In this document: positions 56,291 through 64,000 of the stretch, in pieces
Numbering within the stretch: the stretch's first letter is position 1
Layout of the letters: each line of letters begins with the position of its first letter
Assembly (NCBI RefSeq): GCF_009914755.1
Contig: NC_060925.1
From: the human T2T-CHM13v2.0 reference genome, Homo sapiens
Length of the DNA stretch: 64,000 nt
Strand: one strand, 5' to 3'
Notes under the pieces: generated by a model
Seen by the model: only the letters and a program-made list of their open reading frames with translations
Told to the model about the DNA's origin: nothing
Database searches by the model: none
Position numbers and translations under genes: made by a program

Positions 56291-57250
56291 AAAGAAGGCA
56301 ATCCTCAATGCCGATAGTAAACATGCTCATACCTAGTCACTGCTGAATTTAAATGATGCTGCCTCTTTCTATGGACTTCTCTGATCCTTAATATCACAGG
56401 TAATCTTTTCTGTCTGAATTCCCACAGCCATTGGTGCTTATTTTAATATACTAATCTAGCTTATGTTAAAAATATCAGCACACTTTGACACTAAACTTCC
56501 TCAGAGCTAGAAACACATCTTTTTCACCTCTAACACACACATCATTTACCTACATTAAAAGCTCATGACATTTTCACCCAGAATTTGCACAGCCACAGAG
56601 CCGTGCTTCTGGAAAGAACTTTCAGGCACTCATTTAAGGCATCTCTTACCTTTAGGAAAGGCTACACCTAAATTATTCCAGGTAAACAATCTGCTTGACA
56701 CTAATCTATAACAATAGGATTAGAGAAGAAGATCTCTTAGTCCCTTTCATTTCAACATTTTTATATTCTATGAATTTATCCACTACTTTTAAGCTCTCAA
56801 AAAAGCCATTGCACATATGTTAAAATTCCATCTTTTAGCCATTCACACAGGCGTAGAGTTCCACCTCAAACTCAGCTCCCTCCTATATTTTATGTCCAAT
56901 AGGAATACCTCTGCTTTGTCATTAGAGCAGGGAGCAAAATATCCACTATAAAATGGACTTGATGTGAAATCCACTCTAAGCATCTCCTTTCTGTTAAATA
57001 GTCTGGCTCCTGGAACCTTTCCAACTTTCCCCATGTGGCTCTCTGGGGCCCCATCATATTCATTTTATCACACATACATTATAAAATCTGGAACTAAATG
57101 CCACATGCTCATAGAAAGGTCACAGGTTTAGACACTTTAGATTTTCCTAATAAAAACTGTTTTTCAAAAGAGATAAAAGTATAGAGCCCTCATTATATTT
57201 ACTGTAATTTTTTTTTTAAGAGAAAGGTCCATTAAAAATAAAAAGTCAGA

Positions 57251-57462
57251 GTGAGCCCTAATGGAAACTATGGACTTTGGGTGCTAGAGATGGGTCAATT
57301 TAGGTTCAATAATTGTAACCAAGGAACCACTCTAGTGGGGGATGGTGATAGTGGGGGCGCATGGGGAAAGGCGGGGGTATGTGGGAAATCTTTAAGACTT
57401 CCTTTCAATTTTTCTGTGAACCTAAAAGTGCTCCCAAAAATCGAGTCTATTTTTAAAAAATA
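57251..57462 (+). mobile_element. L1MC-like 3' fragment
   Basis: GTGAGCCCTAATGGAAACTATGGACTTTGGGTG...TTTTCTGTGAACCTAAAAGTGCTC. Confidence 0.85.
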
Positions 57463-57587
57463 AACAGAAATAAGTTACTTAATATATAGTTTTATTGATC
57501 TATTCTTTAAGAACATATCTAATAAATACTACAAAGCTGCAACTCTTGCTGAGACCCATTTATAGAAATTAAAGAAACTATACATAT

Positions 57588-57846
<259 letters not shown>

Positions 57847-57961
57847 TCATAAAGCTAACAATGCTGACTCCTAATTTTTTTCAATACTGTGATTTTTTTC
57901 TAATTTCAAAACAATCTTCTAACCCTCTTTTTCCTAGGCGCATCTTATAAAGAAAAGTAGC

Positions 57962-58625
<664 letters not shown>

Positions 58626-59672
58626 TTTTTTTAAAGACTTAGACTTTCACCCTTCCGTGATGAAAGTAATTTGGAATACAAAGTACAGGGGGAATGACAG
58701 GGAAAGTGCAGTAAACCCTGGACTCTTCAACTTCTAGGGTCTTTGTCTCAGCAAAGCAACTGGAAACCGAAAACTAAAGACTAAAGAAAGGGAAAAATCC
58801 TCACTCGACTGAAGTTGAGCTGAGGGGTTCTAAGAACCAAGGTTTACTATTAGGGATAGGAACATGCACAAACTTTCATGCAAGTACTGGCTTTAACCAG
58901 AGAGGGGCAGAATGAATGGCAAAGTACTTATCCTCTTTTAGCCTCAGTCTACTCACTTATGAAGTTAATACATACCCTACCTATTTGTGAGAAGTAAATG
59001 AGAAAACAGTGCTAGTGAGCACTCAGAAAGTGTGGACAAGTTCCCTTCCTACTCTTCTCATAGTTTCAGAGTATGCTAGGTTTGCTCAAAGCATGGCCAA
59101 GCAGTGTGCAAAGAGGAAATTGAGTACTTGACCTACTGTAGAGAAAGTCTTTTAAAAGGTTAAAAATGAAGGTGGGGGGTGAGGTAGCAAAGCATAGAGT
59201 TTAACATGAAGCTATGACAATCCCATGGAAAAACTGACTGAGTAGAATGCTGAATCATGCATTCTCTTAGTCCAACCACGGCTACCTGGTTATCCCACAA
59301 ACTCAGACACCTGAAGCATAAAGGAGCGAATCTTAGACTAAATGTCCTCTGAAGAGCCCATCCTGGGTGGGAAGAAGATTTCTTATTCTAGCCAACAGCA
59401 TGTGTATATCATCCAGTGTTGCCCATTGTTCTTTTTTTCCCCAGGGGAAATTGATATGAAATTCCCTTGGTCTTATAAAATCCATGAGGCCATGTCTCTA
59501 CAGCTCCTGGTGTATCACAGAGTCTCTCATCCTACAATCACTCTCAGGTGTGTCTCACCTCCCCAGTCAGAGTCCTGAAGGGAAAGACCTGTGTGGGCGT
59601 CAGCTTTGTAACCTTCTATAATCATAACATGGAGCTTTATACATGGCAGGAAGTGAAATAAATGTTTCTCAT

Positions 59673-60068
59673 TGATATGGTTTGAATATATGTCCTCACC
59701 AAATCACATGTTGAATTGTAATCCCCGATGTCAGAGGTGTTCAGGTCATAGGGGTGGATCCCTTCTGGCTTGGTGCTATCCTCAGGATACTGAGTTCTCC
59801 CGAGATCTAGTTGTTGTAAAGTCTAGCACCTCCCCTGACCCCGCTTGCTCTCTTGCCCCCTCCTCTCCTGCCATATGCAATGCCTGCTCCCCTCCTTCAC
59901 CTTCCACCATGATTGAAAGCTCCCTGAGGCCCTCACCAGAAGCAAAGCAGATGTTGGTGCCATGCTTCCTGTACAGCCTGCAGAAGCATGAGCCAATTCA
60001 ATCCCTTTTCTTGTAAGTTACCCAGTCTCAGGTATTTCTTCATAGCCATGCAAGAACAGACTAACACA
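59673..60068 (+). mobile_element. MaLR solo LTR (MSTA/MSTB-like)
   Basis: TGATATGGTTTG...CAAATCACATGTTGAATTGTAATCCCC to TTACCCAGTCTCAGGTATTTCTT...GACTAACACA. 5-bp TSD CTCAT/GTCAT. Confidence 0.92.
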
Positions 60069-62479
60069 GTCATTATGAAGAAAGAATGAATCCTGAGATC
60101 ACTAGCTTTTTGACATTAAGGCAGGGCAGGAGTCTCCAGCATGACCTCAGTGACTCTTCAAATCATTTAAGGAATCTGGAACCTTAGATGGGTCTGAATT
60201 CTGGCTTCTTAACAGAGGGTTAAGCTACAGAGAAAAGGGATGAGAGTTAAGTTATTCCACTGACTCATGCTTTTTCAGGGGAAAAAATTGAACTTGGGTT
60301 TCCAAAAGAACATTCCCACCACGCAAGTTTTCCTTTTCTAGCCCCTGATCTGTCTTATACTGGGGGTATTCTCACAGACAGAGATTGCAGATCCAGACAC
60401 GTTCCTTGCAACAAATACAATGGAACTACTGAGATGATAAAAAGTGTTGTAGTGTGCCCATGCTTGCTGAAAGCAATTCGTTGAGATATTTGCTCTGTAA
60501 ACATCACATCTTAAAGGTCTTTTATATAGAATAGGCTACATTGCAAGAGAACATACAGAAAACCTTCAGGCACTTCTAAAATTCACTTCTGAGTAGTCAA
60601 TCAGCTTCCTAAGCTCTAAAGTGTAAGTTTCAATCTTTACCTATTAACTGTGGATTTCCAGTATTTTGTTCTCTCATTTTTAATTAAAAAAAAATTTTCA
60701 AAGTTAAAAACACAAAGCAAAGAAAGACAGCTTTCTCACAATTTAGAAAAGGTCATTTGGCAGAGCAAGTAAATCTTTAAATATGATGGATAAGCAGAGG
60801 AGAGATCTTTCACAAATATCAACCAAATGCAGCGTATTCCTCTTTATTGAATTACCAGCACAGTCTGTGTTTAGTCTTTTATTGAATTACCTGCACAGGC
60901 AAATGAAAGACAGAAGTTCAAATCCAAATCCTAAACATGGTCACCGCACTTTCTTTTTAGTTCCCATGCTATGCTATGTATACTTAACTCTTTATTTTTT
61001 TTCTTAAAGATAAGTTCTGAAATCACCAAAAGAAGCTAACTGCTATTCAATTGCATCCTATATTTACCAACAGTCTTTGGAATTTCTCCAGCATTCCATA
61101 CTATTACAACTCCCAAGGACATCTCACAGAGCTATGTAATCTTGGTGAGGGTGTAAGAAAGGAAAAACTGATGCAACTAGTCTGTGCTGTGTATAAACCT
61201 GCATAGGGCACAGCTCAGTTTTGATAGTACTAGGTCATTTTCCTAAGGAAAGGCTAAAAGAAGGGATGAGGTGGGAGGGGATGGGAAATAAAAGAATACT
61301 AAAAATGTCTACTCTTATTTTCCTTTAAAGGAAGGCAGAAAGGAAATTAGTTTTGTGCAGTGCAAATGAGATTATTAGTTTCTTCTATAAATCAGTTTTA
61401 GAGCTGTACAGTACCCAAATCATATCCATACATCAAATTATTTTTAGCCAAGTAAAGCTTTTTCTGCAAAGTTTAAAACACAAGCCCCTGACTTTAGTTG
61501 CTAATGAAAATAACATCAACAACAAAAACTTTAAAAAGCACATTTTAAGATTCCATTATTTCCCTCCTAACTCACTTTTAGTCAGTGGTGAGATGGAAAC
61601 TTGTCCTAAAACACATTTTCCATCTCTCTTACGCACTAACCACGTAAATGACCTTTCAAGCCTTTCTAAAGCTGTATGTGAAATTGGAAAACAAAGATTC
61701 CTACTGTGTTATAATTCATTACAGTAATACCTCACCTATATGAAACATGGCTACACAGCAACCTGATCTATGTAGAACACAGCCAAAAACCAAGAAATGG
61801 AGCCAAAACATCCTTTGAGCAGTTGAATATCACCAAATCCTTAATTCCAACATCATACACTTTGCTCAGGAAACAAAAGAACACCCTCAGTTCATTTACT
61901 CTGACTTTAAGTACAGTTCTTTACAAGTTCCTTGACCTGACTTCTCAGCCCTTAACAGATTTCAAAGAGACAAGGGGCTGTCATTACAGACAAGCACATT
62001 GACATAGGATAAAAAATGGCAACAAGGGAGGTGACACGTAAATGATTAACATACACACTCCACAGCATACAAATCGGTGTCCAAAACTCCCTGTAGTAAA
62101 TAGGAACAATTAAATAGTACCCAGCATAATCTGTTTAAGAAGGAAGAAAATAAATACATTTTTAAGTAAGTCCCATCCATGGTGGTTAAAAAGCCTCCAT
62201 AACCCGGAAGCACTTTCCCCAAAGAGGTGGTTCTCTATCTTGTACATCTCTAACACTTTCTGTGAACTCTTGGAGTAAGGGGGTGGCTTCAGCAGGCAAT
62301 CTTCTAGGAGGACAAGTTAGTCTGAAAAAGCTCCCCTGGTTATTGTTTAAAAAGATCATTTCTCCACCCCCTGCTTTAAGGATTACTGTCTTGAGATTTC
62401 CAGAGAGACATGATTTTCCCACAGGAAGCAACTTAGAACATGCAGGTTTTCATTTTTGACCTTAGCGAAACTTTCCTCT

Positions 62480-62690
62480 GAAGGCATTCTAAGTACATCT
62501 TGAATACTTATGGATAAAATAATGTTGTCTGGGATTTGCTTAAAAAATCACGAGGGTTTGGGAACTGAGTAGGGCTGCAGATGAGGCACCACTATGAGTT
62601 GACAGTTCTTGAAGGTGGGAGACAGGTATGTCAGGGGTCTCACCATTCTCTACAGCTTCGTATGTGCCTAAAATTTCCATAATAATAAGC
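62480..62690 (+). mobile_element. Old L1M 3' fragment
   Basis: ATGTTGTCTGGGATTTGCTT.AAA, ATGAGTTGACAGTT.TTGAAG.TGGG, AAAATTTCCATAATAA. Confidence 0.7.
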
Positions 62691-63050
62691 TGGAGCTTGT
62701 AAAACAAAAAAATTTACTAAATGATACTTTTTAAAGTAAACTGGTAAAACAGATAACAGTGCTCACTAAAAAGGGTCAGAATTTTCCCTCCAAACTAACT
62801 CCTTTGTCCTTCCAAAACAGAACTTGGATTTCACTAGATAAAACCAAAAGCAATAGTTTTTCCCTTCCTTATTAAAAGGCAGTAGGAAAAATTCTTTCTG
62901 TAAGTAAAATGACAAGTTCTTTAAAATGTAAAGAACCATCAATTGGGCATAAAATAAAGGACTCTTCCTGGTCCAGCTTGCATAATCAATTCCATCAGAA
63001 GAATACCTGACTCTGGTTTACTCTCAAATGAGCTTTGTCTAGTCACGCCA

Positions 63051-63210
63051 GGAATGCTTTGTTGTAAGACACCCCACCCTTCTTTGGGAGATGTGCATTC
63101 TGCAACTCTTCAATTCCACTTCTTTTTGCTGTCAGTATCTATATCCACAATGATGTATGTCCTGGAATGTCAGAGCTTATTACACCTAAAAATCAGAATG
63201 GGAAATTCCC
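63051..63210. promoter_or_regulatory. TEAD motif cluster with NF-kB site
   Basis: GGAATG 63051 and 63164, CATTCT 63096, AGAATG 63195, GGGAAATTCCC 63200-63210. Confidence 0.45.
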
Positions 63211-63239
63211 CATAATCAGCACCGCCATTTGTGAAGCAG

Positions 63240-63430
63240 ACACATTGATGGGGGCACTCTGCTGAGCACAATCTCAACACCCCTACGACAACAGGGCTTC
63301 TCTATCACCCCATTTTACACACTAAGGACTGAGGCTAAAGAGAGGAAATAACTTCCCCCCACGATCACTCAGTGACTAAAGACAATCAAGTTCAAACCCA
63401 GAGCTCCATCTGACCCCATGTTCTTACCCA
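63240..63430 (-). mobile_element. MIR
   Basis: CCCCATTTTACAC....GGACTGAGGCTAAAGAGAGG.AATAACTT...TTCAAACCCAG. Confidence 0.7.
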
Positions 63431-64000
63431 ATGAACCATGCTGATATGACGCAGAAAGACGGTTATCAGCTATGACCTTATGATATAAAAGTAACAATGA
63501 CAATAGCAAGCACCCACATTCTACAAAAAACAACTATGACATACCATCAGCAGTTTATCTTTGCTCACCCACGGCGGACATTACTCAGACATGGTGGAGG
63601 GGGCCCTGAGGCTGGGACCCAATTTCAGCCCAAGGAAGCTCTATCCAGAAGGCATGGTGGCAGAATCAGGGTCCCATCCCAGCCATAGCACCCTGCCAGA
63701 GCCTCTTACCTAGATGGCCTATTCTACTGTACCACTGTGTTGTGGAATGAGAGAACCTGAGCATGTCGCATAGAACCTCTTCAAAAACCAATTTGAAAAA
63801 CACAATCACAAAAGCAAATGGAAAGGTTTTCCAGCCAGGGCAGATGACTCACTCATCAAATCAAAAGAAACTCACTGAGGATAAACATACCTTGAGCTTG
63901 CTTCGCTCTTTTCCGGAGAGGTGCGCCCTGCAGGGACAGAAGTAGCCAAGAAAGAAGGGCTCTCCTGGAGAGACAGTTGTTGCTTGTGACCTCCCTCAGC

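Noticed and set aside
59672-60016. 114-aa ORF
   Set aside because: Lies entirely within an MST solo LTR and starts at TTG.

Overview
Primate, almost certainly human, genomic DNA (AluJ/S/Y, L1, L2, MIR, MaLR/ERVL LTRs, hAT and Tigger MITEs). The whole window lies inside the PTPN14 gene (FERM-domain non-receptor tyrosine phosphatase) on the minus strand. Three exons are recoverable with canonical GT-AG sites and consistent phases: 52501-52174 (154 nt 5'UTR + ATG at 52347), 39538-39369 and 2288-2191. Spliced, they encode the first 147 codons, i.e. the start of the FERM domain. From recalled gene structure these are exons 2-4. The rest is intron (12.6 kb, 37.1 kb, and partial flanking introns) dense in interspersed repeats, and essentially all other ORF-track entries are spurious. 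I see no convincing novel gene system. The best leads are: a near-consensus palindromic p53-family site in a CpG-retaining intronic patch; a double TEAD site; AP-1/TEAD/NF-kB motif clusters; a strong-context uORF; an exon 2-3 AUG-circRNA architecture predicting a 135-aa peptide; a 4-unit (CA)n-spaced minisatellite with STAT-type motifs; and a locally templated insertion inside an AluY. Repeat subfamily names come from recalled consensus sequences and repeat boundaries are approximate.
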